From Candidatus Omnitrophota bacterium (GTDB lineage: Bacteria > Omnitrophota > Gorgyraeia > JAFGHF01): 64,000 bases of DNA. Positions 1 through 8,963 of the stretch are shown here, piece after piece. The notes beneath the pieces were generated by a model, which was not told where the DNA came from, searched no databases, and saw only the letters and a list, made by a program, of their open reading frames with translations. Position 1 is the first letter of the stretch, and the number at the start of each line of letters is the position of its first letter. Made by a program: the position numbers and the translations under genes. The DNA is taken from the NCBI GenBank assembly GCA_020341815.1, contig CP070837.1, positions 1,368,195 to 1,432,194 on the forward strand, written 5' to 3'.

Positions 1-746
1 TTACCGCTATCTTAATTGCCTCTTTAGTCTGTTTTATAGTCAGCACCGTATGTGTATCTACGGGCGGGGCCTCACTAATAGTGGTTCCCGTGCTTATCTG
101 GCTGGGGATGGTTTCCAAGGAGGCTGTGGCAACAAATATGTTTGCCTTGATATTCTTAAGCGCAAGCGGTGCTTTCGGCTTCAGAAAACAGGTAAAATTA
201 AATCATTATAAAATGATAGCCATTTTTTCCATCCTGACAGTCTGCGCTTCCCTTATAGGGGCAAATCTTGTCTTATTCATCGATGCAGAAATCTTAAAAA
301 AGGTAATAGCAGTTATGATTTTCCTTATTGCCGGCTCATTCCTTTTAAAAAAGGACTTAGGTATCCATGAAAATAACGATAAGATATCAAAAATGAGGTT
401 TTTTATCGGCGCCCTGTTAATCTTTATTTTGGGTATCTATGGGGGGTTCTTCAGCGGGGGATATGTTACTCTGTTAAGTTATGTTCTTATAGCAACTTTT
501 GGCTTGAATTTCCTGCAAACGGCATTTATTACAAAGGTATTTAATATATTCTCTTCTCTGGCGGCCTGTGTAATTTTCTATCATCACGGGCTTATTGATT
601 TTTCGGTGGGCCTGCCACTGGCCTTTTCCAGTGTCCTGGGTGCCTTTATGGGGACAAAATTAGCCATTACTAAAGGTAATGTCTGGGTCAGGAACCTGTT
701 TATTATCTTTGTAATAGCCTTAGGGATTAAATTGATAGCTTTTTGA
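1..746 (+). CDS. TauE/SafE (DUF81) family permease-like membrane protein, 5' end cut by the window edge (frame enters at nt 3)
   Basis: ORF 81..746 stays open back to nt 3. Internally duplicated hydrophobic protein with Gly-rich motifs (GGASLIVVPVLIWLG and GGFFSGGYVTL), typical of TauE/SafE. Confidence 0.6.
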   Translation, partial: TAILIASLVCFIVSTVCVSTGGASLIVVPVLIWLGMVSKEAVATNMFALIFLSASGAFGFRKQVKLNHYKMIAIFSILTVCASLIGANLVLFIDAEILKKVIAVMIFLIAGSFLLKKDLGIHENNDKISKMRFFIGALLIFILGIYGGFFSGGYVTLLSYVLIATFGLNFLQTAFITKVFNIFSSLAACVIFYHHGLIDFSVGLPLAFSSVLGAFMGTKLAITKGNVWVRNLFIIFVIALGIKLIAF

Positions 747-763
747 GAAAGAGGGAAGGTAAA

Positions 764-1168
764 ATGAAGGTGCTTAAAATTAAGTGGCAGCGGCTTGTGT
801 CTCATGAGGATATGACCTGCCAGAGGTGCAGGGCAACCGGCAGTGAAGTTCATAAGGCCGTAGAGAAGCTCAGAAGGTCTCTTGGGCCCCTGGGGGTTAA
901 GGTCGTTTTGGAGGAGAAGGTCTTAACTCCGGACGCCTGCAGTAAGGATATCTCTCAATCGAATCGAATCTGGATTGCCGGTAAGCCCCTTGAGGAGTGG
1001 TTCGGCGCAAAGGTAGGAAAAAGCCCCTGTTCAACCTGTTGCGGGGAGCTTAAAAAAGACGTTGAATGCCGCACTGTTGAGATCGGCGGGAAGGTATATG
1101 AGACAATACCGGAGGTTTTTATAATACAAGCCGGGCTCCTGGCCGCTATAGAGATTATAAAATCCTAA
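764..1168 (+). CDS. small Cys-rich protein, DUF2703-like
   Basis: ORF-track start 743 is TTG. In-frame ATG at 764 is preceded by AAGAGGGAAGG (RBS). Paired CxxC motifs (CQRC, CSTCC) and the KVLKIKWQRL N-terminus resemble DUF2703. Confidence 0.4.
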   Translation: MKVLKIKWQRLVSHEDMTCQRCRATGSEVHKAVEKLRRSLGPLGVKVVLEEKVLTPDACSKDISQSNRIWIAGKPLEEWFGAKVGKSPCSTCCGELKKDVECRTVEIGGKVYETIPEVFIIQAGLLAAIEIIKS

Positions 1169-1376
1169 GTATATGCCAGTTAAGCAGTAATTTCCAAATC
1201 CACTTTACCGCCCATACTATTCCATACCCTACCATGACTATCACCCATAAGACCATACCCACTACAAAATGAGACCAATATCTACGGACAAAATAAGGCT
1301 CCATACCCTAATCTATCTCCTTGCTTGATATTCCATTTTGGAACATCAAAAAAACCTTCCATATTGCTCCGCTATA

Positions 1377-1385
1377 TGTTATAAT
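1377..1385 (+). promoter_or_regulatory. extended -10 promoter element TGTTATAAT upstream of the HTH gene
   Basis: TGnTATAAT match 33 nt upstream of the ATG at 1418. It sits in a 250-nt non-coding spacer where GC content drops. Confidence 0.3.
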
Positions 1386-1417
1386 ATGTGCTAAAATGTA
1401 ATAGGTAATTATGAAAT

Positions 1418-1615
1418 ATGAAGAAATTTATTGAGTCGTACACTGTAGAAGAATTAGCTGAGGCAGTTAAGCTTCATCCTTATACTATCAGACGTCTTTG
1501 TCGAGAAGGCAAGATTCCTTGCTTTAAGTTTGGGGGGCAATGGCGATTTGATATCGGGGAAATAGAAGAATGGCGAAGAAATCAAAACAAATCACAGCTT
1601 GCGCCAAATCGATAA
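1418..1615 (+). CDS. excisionase-family helix-turn-helix DNA-binding protein
   Basis: 65 aa. The YTVEELAEAVKLHPYTIRRLCREGKIP-F-FGGQWRF pattern matches MerR-superfamily excisionase/HTH_17 domains. Confidence 0.55.
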   Translation: MKKFIESYTVEELAEAVKLHPYTIRRLCREGKIPCFKFGGQWRFDIGEIEEWRRNQNKSQLAPNR

Positions 1616-2286
1616 AAAATTGGCCTGAAGATGATAGGCCGAGAGAAAAGCTTTTTAAATCCGGCGAACATACTTTAAGTAATACTGAGCTTTTAGCTAT
1701 ACTTTTACGCAGCGGTGTAAAGGGGCAAAGCGCGATTGACTTATCCAGAAAGATACTCTCTAAGTTTAAGACTCTCCGCAATATGAGCCACACGGACATA
1801 AGAGACTGGAAAGAATTCAAAGGATTGGGGCAAGCTAAGATTGCTCAGATTAGAGCAGCTATGGAACTTGGTAGAAGATTTTCAACAGAGAACACGCAAC
1901 CCAAAGGAAAAGTTAAAAGTTCTAAGGACATTGCCGATTTATTTATGGGGCGCATGCGAGATCTTAAAAAAGAGGTATTTAAGATTTTGCTTCTTGATAA
2001 CCGAAATCAAATTATCGAGACTATTGAATTAGCAGAAGGAACAGTAAATCAGGCAAATCCCATAGTAAGGGAGATTATGTCAAAGGCATTGCAAAATTTT
2101 GCATCTGCTTTGGCTTGTGTCCATAATCATCCAACGGGGGATTGCACTCCTAGCAAAGAAGATAGAGAATTTACTAGAGGGTTATGCCAAGCGAGCAATA
2201 TTATGCAGATGAAGGTTGTCGACCACATTATCATTGGCGACAATACATATTTTAGTTTTGTCGACAGAGGTCAGTTGCCTATTTAA
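1570..2286 (+). CDS. radC: RadC-like JAB/MPN domain protein (UPF0758)
   Basis: Contains the ELLAILLRSG helix-hairpin-helix-like N-terminus and the JAMM motif HNHPTGD with downstream PS..D. Overlaps the HTH ORF by 46 nt in another frame. Confidence 0.75.
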   Translation: MAKKSKQITACAKSIKNWPEDDRPREKLFKSGEHTLSNTELLAILLRSGVKGQSAIDLSRKILSKFKTLRNMSHTDIRDWKEFKGLGQAKIAQIRAAMELGRRFSTENTQPKGKVKSSKDIADLFMGRMRDLKKEVFKILLLDNRNQIIETIELAEGTVNQANPIVREIMSKALQNFASALACVHNHPTGDCTPSKEDREFTRGLCQASNIMQMKVVDHIIIGDNTYFSFVDRGQLPI

Positions 2287-2298
2287 AGGTTAAAGAGT

Positions 2299-4989
2299 AT
2301 GTCAGAGAGAGATTGGAACGAATATATAACACGTAAGAAATATATCGATAAGCTTCTTATCGAGTCTCAATGGGGACCTGTAGTTCAATATGAAGAGAAT
2401 AAGCGATACAAGCATGCATCAATTGAAGAATACCCCACAGAGACAGGTCCAGCAGATTATGCGCTTTTCCATAATAAAAAGCCTTTTTCCATTGTAGAAG
2501 GCAAGAAAGTTATCGTTGGTGTACAAAATGTTTTACAACAAGCTCAGCGCTATTCCAGAGGCTTCAAAGATAGTCCTTTTGCCTTTCACGAGTTCAAAGT
2601 TCCATTCATATACTCTACCAATGGAAAAATAATCTGGTTTCAAGATTTGCGCCATCCTGTGAATAGGTCACGTGAAGTAAAGAGATTTCATACACCCGAT
2701 GCCTTAGAAGAATTTCTATCACGCAACGAAGATGCAGCAAAAACTTGGCTTAAAAATACACCCATAGACAATCCTTATTTGCGCAATTATCAGAAGGAAG
2801 CCATAGGTAGTATTGAGAGAGCAATCCTTGAGAGAAAACGGAATATGCTTATCGCGATGGCAACTGGTACAGGTAAAACATTTACCATTATAAATTTAAT
2901 TTATCGGCTCATGAAGTCAGGATATGGCAAGCGTATACTATTCCTTGTTGATAGGCGTGCCTTAGCCGCACAAGCAGTAACAGCACTGGCAAGTTTTGAG
3001 GCAGAGCCTGGACTTAAATTTGACAAGATATACGAAGTATATAGCCAGCGTTTTAGACGCGAAGATCTTGATGAAGACATGAAGTTTGACCCAAAAGTTC
3101 TGCCCACGGAATATCTTACTAACCCTCAAGCTAAGCACAGCTTTGTATATGTATCCACAATTCAAAGAATGCGTATAAACCTTTTTGGCAATGCTGGCAT
3201 GTTTGGTCGTGCTACAGGTGATATGGAAGAGGAGGAGGGTGCTGAGAAGCTAGATATACCTATTCATGCCTTTGATGTAATTATTGCCGATGAGTGCCAC
3301 AGGGGTTATACCGCGCAAGAGGAAAGTAAATGGCGTGAGGCTCTAATGCACTTTGATGGCATTAGAGTAGGTTTAACCGCGACACCAGCAGCCCATACAA
3401 CAGCATTTTTCAAAGAAGTGGTTTATCGCTATGATTATGAGCGAGCAGTAAAAGAGGGATTTCTTGTTGATTATGATGCCGTAGCCATAAATTCAGATAT
3501 TACTATAAACGGCGTTTTCCTTAAACAAGGTGAAGAAATAGGACTAAAAGATACATCAACCGGCCAGTTAGTATTTGATATTTTAGAAGATGAAAGAGAG
3601 CTTGAGCCAGCAACCAATGAGAGCGAATGGACTGCTCCCGATAGAAACAAAAAGATAGTAAAAGAAATTAAAAAATATCTGCTTGACCAAGAGGAACAGC
3701 TTGGTCATTTTCCAAAGACTTTAATTTTTGCTAATAATGATATTGAGCATATATCACACTGCGATCAACTGGTGAACATATTGAGAGACGAGTTCAACCG
3801 AGGTGATTCCTTTGTTCAAAAGATAACTGGAAGCTCGACAGTTGACAGGCCGCTACAAAGAATCCGAGAGTTTAGAAACAGGCAAAATCCCGGTATTGTT
3901 GTTACTGTAGATATGCTTTCAACAGGTGTGGATATTCCAAAGGTCGAGAATATTATCTTTTTACGGCCTGTAAAATCAAGAATACTTTTTGAGCAGATGA
4001 TGGGCCGCGGGACACGCCTTTGTGAAGAGATTAACAAAACCCATTTTACTGTTTTTGATTGTTTCCGGGGAACACTTTTAGAATATTTTAGAAAAACCAC
4101 AGCCATTACAGCCGAAGCTCCCATTAAGCCAACCAGGATTATCAAAGAAGTGGTGCAGGCAATTGCTGATAATCAGGATAGAGCTTATAACATAAGTGTA
4201 TTATCCAAGCGCCTTCAGCGCATATCCAAAAACATAACTCAAGAAAGCAGAAGTCAATTTAACTATATCTTAGGTGATGTTGATATTGCAGAATTTGCTA
4301 AGAACCTTGGGGAAAGACTTGATAAGGATTGGGCTGGCACGATGCGTGTTTTACAGAGCGAAGGCTTCTTTAGTATGTGCGACAATTATCAACGACCCTT
4401 AAAGAAGCAAATTGTAGCCGAAGGAGCCGAAGATATCGTTTCTTCTGAGATTGTCTTTCGTGCAACGGATGGAAACAAGCTAAGGCCAGAAGATTATCTT
4501 AAACTCTTTGAGAAATTTGTTCGGGAAAATCCAGAGCATATCCAAGCTTTAGAAATACTAATAAACAAACCAAAAGATTTCCATGTCAGAGAATTAAAAG
4601 AATTACGGCTAAAACTATCAACCAAACCCGATGATTTAGTAGATAAATTTAAAGAACAGAATCTAAGGCGGGCATATAATAAAGAATTAGCTGATATTGT
4701 TTCAATTATAAGGCACGCTGCAAAAGGAGAGGAGCTTATTACAGCAGAATCAAGGATTGACAGAGCATTGGCAAAGGTTAAGGCGAGCCATAACTTTAGT
4801 GAAGCGCAGGAAAAATGGCTTGGCTTGATACGCCGCCATTTAATAGCCAACCTTCTTATAGAGAGAGACGATATAGACTCTTTGCCTATTTTTACACGCG
4901 AAGGATTAAATTATCGAAAATTAAATAAGATATTTAACGGTGAATTGGATGAAATATTACAGGAAATTAACGAGGCGGTATTAATATGA
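2299..4989 (+). CDS. hsdR: Type I restriction enzyme R subunit (endonuclease/helicase)
   Basis: 896 aa. N-terminal PD-(D/E)xK-like region (PADYALF..EGKK). Helicase motif I MATGTGKT and motif II DECHRG. 3' end overlaps hsdM by 4 nt. Confidence 0.85.
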   Translation: MSERDWNEYITRKKYIDKLLIESQWGPVVQYEENKRYKHASIEEYPTETGPADYALFHNKKPFSIVEGKKVIVGVQNVLQQAQRYSRGFKDSPFAFHEFKVPFIYSTNGKIIWFQDLRHPVNRSREVKRFHTPDALEEFLSRNEDAAKTWLKNTPIDNPYLRNYQKEAIGSIERAILERKRNMLIAMATGTGKTFTIINLIYRLMKSGYGKRILFLVDRRALAAQAVTALASFEAEPGLKFDKIYEVYSQRFRREDLDEDMKFDPKVLPTEYLTNPQAKHSFVYVSTIQRMRINLFGNAGMFGRATGDMEEEEGAEKLDIPIHAFDVIIADECHRGYTAQEESKWREALMHFDGIRVGLTATPAAHTTAFFKEVVYRYDYERAVKEGFLVDYDAVAINSDITINGVFLKQGEEIGLKDTSTGQLVFDILEDERELEPATNESEWTAPDRNKKIVKEIKKYLLDQEEQLGHFPKTLIFANNDIEHISHCDQLVNILRDEFNRGDSFVQKITGSSTVDRPLQRIREFRNRQNPGIVVTVDMLSTGVDIPKVENIIFLRPVKSRILFEQMMGRGTRLCEEINKTHFTVFDCFRGTLLEYFRKTTAITAEAPIKPTRIIKEVVQAIADNQDRAYNISVLSKRLQRISKNITQESRSQFNYILGDVDIAEFAKNLGERLDKDWAGTMRVLQSEGFFSMCDNYQRPLKKQIVAEGAEDIVSSEIVFRATDGNKLRPEDYLKLFEKFVRENPEHIQALEILINKPKDFHVRELKELRLKLSTKPDDLVDKFKEQNLRRAYNKELADIVSIIRHAAKGEELITAESRIDRALAKVKASHNFSEAQEKWLGLIRRHLIANLLIERDDIDSLPIFTREGLNYRKLNKIFNGELDEILQEINEAVLI

Positions 4990-6392
4990 GCGATATTGTC
5001 CAAAAATTGTGGGGTTTTTGCCATACCTTAAGGCACGATGGCATTGATTATGGTGACTACATCGAACAACTTACTTATTTACTTTTTCTTAAAATGGCAG
5101 AGGAAAGAGGCGCTGATATACCTAAAGAATATTCTTGGCGCGTGCTTCGTGAAAAATCAGGAACAGAACTGACTGATTTTTATACCGATGTTTTAAGAGG
5201 ACTAGGAAAACAAAAGAATACTTTGGGTCAAATCTATGGGGGTGCTATTTCAAGATTCAGCAATCCTGTTAATCTTAAAAAACTTATAAATCTTATAGAT
5301 GAAACAGAGTGGACCTCTTTGAATGTTGATGTAAAAGCCGCTGCATATGAGGGCCTTTTAGAGAAAAGCGCATCAGAGGGCAAAAAGGGAGCGGGTCAAT
5401 ATTTTACCCCAAGAATTTTAATCCAGTCTATCGTTCGTTGTATGAAACCCGATCCGCGCAAGATAAAAGACTTTACTATACATGACCCCGCGGCAGGCAC
5501 AGGCGGTTTCTTGGTCTGCGCTTATGAATGGCTTATTGAGCATACCAAGGGTGGCTTTGAGAGAGAAGATGCAAAACGGATTATGACAAAAACCTATTCT
5601 GGAACTGAGCTCGTTGCTCGGCCTCGCCGCCTTGCTCTTATGAACTTATATCTACATGGCATACATGGTGATATAGCTTTGGGCGATTCAATATACGAAC
5701 CTCCAAAAAGCACAAGATACTCATGCATACTTACTAATCCTCCCTTTGGCACAAAAGGTGCAAACCAAGCACCGACAAGAGATGATTTTACAGTTTCTAC
5801 CTCAAACAAACAGCTTAATTTTATCCAACATGTAGTAAATATTCTGAAGCCCGGCGGTCGCGCAGCAATGGTCCTACCTGATAACTGTCTTTTTGAAGAT
5901 AAAGCGGGGGAAGTTATCAAAAACTTAATGGAAGATTGTAATCTTCATACTGTATTACGTTTACCAAGAGGAACTTTTACACCATATAGTCAAGGTGTAA
6001 AAGCGAATGTGATATTTTTCCAGAAAGGTATGGCAACAGAAAATGTGTGGATATTTGATGCACGTTCAAATATTCCTTCGGTTACCAAGAAAGACCGCCC
6101 TTTATCTGCCACGCACTTTAAAGAATTCGAGAATTGCTACGGTAAAAATCCCGATGCTAGAGCTAAACGTGAAGATTTAGGGAAATCAGGCCGTTTTCGT
6201 TCTTTTCACATCGAACAAATAAAAGAACGCGGGTATAAACTTGATATTACATGGCTAAAGGATGAATCTCTGGATGATCCTGAAGATTTACCCGAACCGC
6301 AGGATTTGGCATCCGATGCTATTACTGAACTTGAAACGGTCGTGGATAACCTCAAAGAAATCGTAGCGGAGTTAGAGAATAATGGAGAATAA
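4986..6392 (+). CDS. hsdM: Type I restriction-modification N6-adenine DNA methyltransferase subunit
   Basis: AdoMet motif DPAAGTGGFL and catalytic NPPFG motif (ILTNPPFGTKG). HsdM N-terminal domain. Confidence 0.9.
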   Translation: MSDIVQKLWGFCHTLRHDGIDYGDYIEQLTYLLFLKMAEERGADIPKEYSWRVLREKSGTELTDFYTDVLRGLGKQKNTLGQIYGGAISRFSNPVNLKKLINLIDETEWTSLNVDVKAAAYEGLLEKSASEGKKGAGQYFTPRILIQSIVRCMKPDPRKIKDFTIHDPAAGTGGFLVCAYEWLIEHTKGGFEREDAKRIMTKTYSGTELVARPRRLALMNLYLHGIHGDIALGDSIYEPPKSTRYSCILTNPPFGTKGANQAPTRDDFTVSTSNKQLNFIQHVVNILKPGGRAAMVLPDNCLFEDKAGEVIKNLMEDCNLHTVLRLPRGTFTPYSQGVKANVIFFQKGMATENVWIFDARSNIPSVTKKDRPLSATHFKEFENCYGKNPDARAKREDLGKSGRFRSFHIEQIKERGYKLDITWLKDESLDDPEDLPEPQDLASDAITELETVVDNLKEIVAELENNGE

Positions 6393-7677
6393 GTTAAAGC
6401 AAGGATGGGTTAATAAAAGAATTGAGGAAATTTGTCGAATTATCAAGGATAAAGGGGCATCTGGAGAGGTCCCTTATTTAGAAATTGGAAATATAGATAT
6501 ATCCAAAAAGACCTATATCTTTACAAACAAACCCTCAGTCAAAGGATGTAAATGTGCTAAAAAAAATGATATTTTAATATCGCGGGTAAGACCTACAAGA
6601 GGAGCAATTGTAATTGTGAATGAAGATGAGCTTGCTGTTTCGTCTGCCTTTACTATTTTGCGTAATAATAGAAATAGTTTAACAGATAAATATTTATGGT
6701 TTTATTTGGCATGGAACCATAATTTTCTTAATTATTTAGGTGATAATTGCACTGGTACGATGTATCCAACAGTAGGAGAGAAAACGATTATAAATTATTT
6801 GATACCGCTTGCGCCCTTGAATGGACAAAAGCGCATTGTTAATAAATTGGATATGCTGTTAGCAAAACTCAAAGAGTGCCGGATTCGCCTTGAAAAAATC
6901 CCATTGTCCATAAAACGCTTTCGTCAATCAGTCCTAGCAGCAACTTACTCTGGCCGTCTTACTGCTGAGTGGCGAACGAATAAGCCCAGTACACCTACAG
7001 TTCTTGGTGGTAAGCAGAATGCAGTTCCAGTTAAAGACCTTATAGATATACCAAACACATGGCGATGGATAAAATTGTCGAATGTAGGCGAAATGAGTCG
7101 TGGTAAATCGAGGCACCGTCCACGGAATGCTTCTTTTCTCTTTGGTGGACCGTATCCTTTTATTCAAACAGGAGACATTGCTCAATCGGGAGGACGCATT
7201 TTAAAACACAAGCAGACTTATAGTGAAGACGGACTTGCCCAGAGTCGGCTTTGGCCAGCACAAACTGTATGTATAACAATTGCAGCCAATATTGCAGAAT
7301 CAGCAGTTTTGACCTATCCCGCATGTTTTCCTGATAGCGTTGTAGGTATTATTACTGATCGCTCTAAATGTTTACCAGAATACCTCGAGTATTTTATTAG
7401 AATAACTAAATCTGATCTCGCAACTTTCGCTCCTGCGACTGCTCAAAAGAATATAAATATAAAGATTTTAAGCGATGTCTATGTCCCTTTACCTCCGGTA
7501 GAGGAGCAAAAAGAGATTATTAATCGGGTTCAGTGTATGTTTAAAATAGCAGACCGAATCCTTACTCGTTATGCGAAGGCTAAAAGCCATATTGGTAACC
7601 TGTCCCAATCAATTCTCGCCAAAGCTTTCAGAGGCGAATTGGTTGAGCAGGATCCAAATGATGAGCCAGCAAATTAA
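6382..7677 (+). CDS. hsdS: Type I restriction-modification specificity subunit
   Basis: Two target-recognition-domain halves separated by a conserved central helix (LDMLLAKLKE) and a C-terminal conserved helix (SILAKAFRGELV). Overlaps hsdM by 11 nt. Confidence 0.8.
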   Translation: MENKLKQGWVNKRIEEICRIIKDKGASGEVPYLEIGNIDISKKTYIFTNKPSVKGCKCAKKNDILISRVRPTRGAIVIVNEDELAVSSAFTILRNNRNSLTDKYLWFYLAWNHNFLNYLGDNCTGTMYPTVGEKTIINYLIPLAPLNGQKRIVNKLDMLLAKLKECRIRLEKIPLSIKRFRQSVLAATYSGRLTAEWRTNKPSTPTVLGGKQNAVPVKDLIDIPNTWRWIKLSNVGEMSRGKSRHRPRNASFLFGGPYPFIQTGDIAQSGGRILKHKQTYSEDGLAQSRLWPAQTVCITIAANIAESAVLTYPACFPDSVVGIITDRSKCLPEYLEYFIRITKSDLATFAPATAQKNINIKILSDVYVPLPPVEEQKEIINRVQCMFKIADRILTRYAKAKSHIGNLSQSILAKAFRGELVEQDPNDEPAN

Positions 7678-7761
7678 TCCCGGGGACAGCTCACTTAATT
7701 CTCGATAGATTAGTTGTTTCAGGAATATACCCTACTTACACCTACACCGCGTAGGTGTAAG
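7676..7761 (+). repeat. family-A intergenic repeat copy 1 (AATCCCGGGGACAGCTCACTTAATTCTCGATAGATTAGTTGTTTCAGG) plus an 11-bp-stem hairpin (CTTACACCTAC / GTAGGTGTAAG) at 7735..7761
   Basis: Starts inside the hsdS stop codon. The same about 48-nt core recurs at 11213, 12571/12656, 15402 and 17343. The hairpin is followed by T-runs, so it is probably the terminator of the RM operon. Confidence 0.6.
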
Positions 7762-7883
7762 TAAAACACTTAATTTTCGACTTTTCGGATAAATAAGTAT
7801 TGTGTCCCTAGATTTTTGGAGTTATTGTGGGTGGGGAGTGGAGATGGTAGGTTAAATATACGTACTAGGCCTCAAAATTTATC

Positions 7884-7912
7884 TTGAGATTGTTTGTTTT
7901 TAGAGGTATAAT
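7884..7912 (+). promoter_or_regulatory. sigma70-like promoter TTGAGA-N17-TATAAT with no ORF behind it
   Basis: Near-identical sequence (TTGAGn-N17-...TTTTAGAGGTATAAT) recurs at 14711..14739 in front of a real gene. Here it is followed by a structured non-coding region of about 140 nt and then the tRNA-like element. Confidence 0.35.
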
Positions 7913-8059
7913 GAGAGAGGCACTTTTCGGTTTAAAAAGGGGTATTTCTTTTGGTGCGTGAAGTGTTGCACCTATTTAGTTTTGCCCGCCAAGGGACCAG
8001 TAAAGTAGGTCCTTTATATATATCCTTCTCCATGAGGAAAATATGTGGGGTGGGATCAT

Positions 8060-8132
8060 GGGCGTGTAGCTCAAGTGGATAGAGCGGCGTCCTGCTAAGA
8101 CGCTAGTTGGGGGTTCGAATCCCCCCACGAAA
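8060..8132 (+). tRNA. tRNA-like element or tRNA pseudogene: class I cloverleaf with GCU (Ser-type) anticodon loop, acceptor stem only 4 of 7 bp
   Basis: D-arm TAGCTCAAGTGGATAGAGC, anticodon stem-loop GCGTC-CUGCUAA-GACGC and T-arm GGGGGTTCGAATCCCCC are all canonical. The 5' acceptor GGGCGTG faces 3' CACGAAA, so positions 1-3 are unpaired. There is a 5-nt variable loop even though the anticodon is Ser-like. Confidence 0.4.
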
Positions 8133-8318
8133 TTAATACCCTTGTAGGGGTATATAAAATAGATGAGATAAATGATAAAGATATGATAGCAGTTTCTACT
8201 TTGAAAATAGGACACTTTCCCGAACAATTTGAGAAATGGTATATATCTTTAAAATTTGTCTAAGGATAACAAGAAAGTTAACATTCTCAGTAAATGGTGA
8301 TATTGTGGAGGCAAATAT

Positions 8319-8963
8319 ATGGAAAAACATAAGGATTTTTGGAACTTGATATTAGTTGGAAAATGGAATAAATATATTCTTTCTCCACAATGGGCAGCAA
8401 AAAATATTTTTGAAGAGCCAGAATTGCAAGTCGAATTTCCTTTGAATTTAGACTTTCCTCTAAGATATACCTCTTTAGAAAAAAATATAAGACTGCTTCC
8501 CGCAGAAGACAAAGTAATTTTTGTCCCATTGAAGCTAGATGATGAATGTCTTTCAGAAGTTGGAAAGCTCACAAATAAATTGTTCGAAATGTTACCACAT
8601 ACTCCGATGAGGGCATTTGGTATAAATTTTGGGTTTTCTGAAAAAGACAACACAGAGTTATACAAAGTGTTTAATGTAATAGACAATGCTAAGTTGGGAG
8701 AATTTAACTGCGAACTCAAGCAAACATGTATTATAAGGCGTACTGTTTATGATGAAAATAATTTAAATTTAAGATTAACATTAAAAGGTAATGAGGTATT
8801 ATTTGATTTTAATTTTCACTATGATGTAAAAAATGCTGTGGAAGCAAAAGAAAAATTAAAAGATAATATAGTCAAAAACAAAAATGCTGCAGAGAAACTC
8901 TTGCAGGAGGTATACGGTCTTAGCTACGATGATATAGAGCAAAAGAAAAGGGGGGTAGTATGA
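8319..8963 (+). CDS. hypothetical protein, first gene of an AT-rich four-gene operon
   Basis: Strong RBS GGAGG 9 nt upstream. About 30% GC. No recognisable motif. Stop overlaps the next start (ATGA). Confidence 0.55.
   Translation: MEKHKDFWNLILVGKWNKYILSPQWAAKNIFEEPELQVEFPLNLDFPLRYTSLEKNIRLLPAEDKVIFVPLKLDDECLSEVGKLTNKLFEMLPHTPMRAFGINFGFSEKDNTELYKVFNVIDNAKLGEFNCELKQTCIIRRTVYDENNLNLRLTLKGNEVLFDFNFHYDVKNAVEAKEKLKDNIVKNKNAAEKLLQEVYGLSYDDIEQKKRGVV

Noticed and set aside
8060-8132. Calling the tRNA-like element a functional tRNA-Ser(GCU)
   Set aside because: Bacterial tRNA-Ser requires a long variable arm, and the acceptor stem here has only 4 of 7 base pairs. I therefore kept it as tRNA-like or pseudogene.
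7976-8227. Minus-strand 83-aa ORF covering the tRNA-like element
   Set aside because: It translates through a tRNA cloverleaf (GGFEPPTS is the classic antisense-tRNA peptide). No RBS.
8249-8719. 156-aa minus-strand ORF opposite the first gene of the AT-rich operon
   Set aside because: The + strand gene has a GGAGG RBS and is translationally coupled to three downstream genes. The minus ORF has neither.
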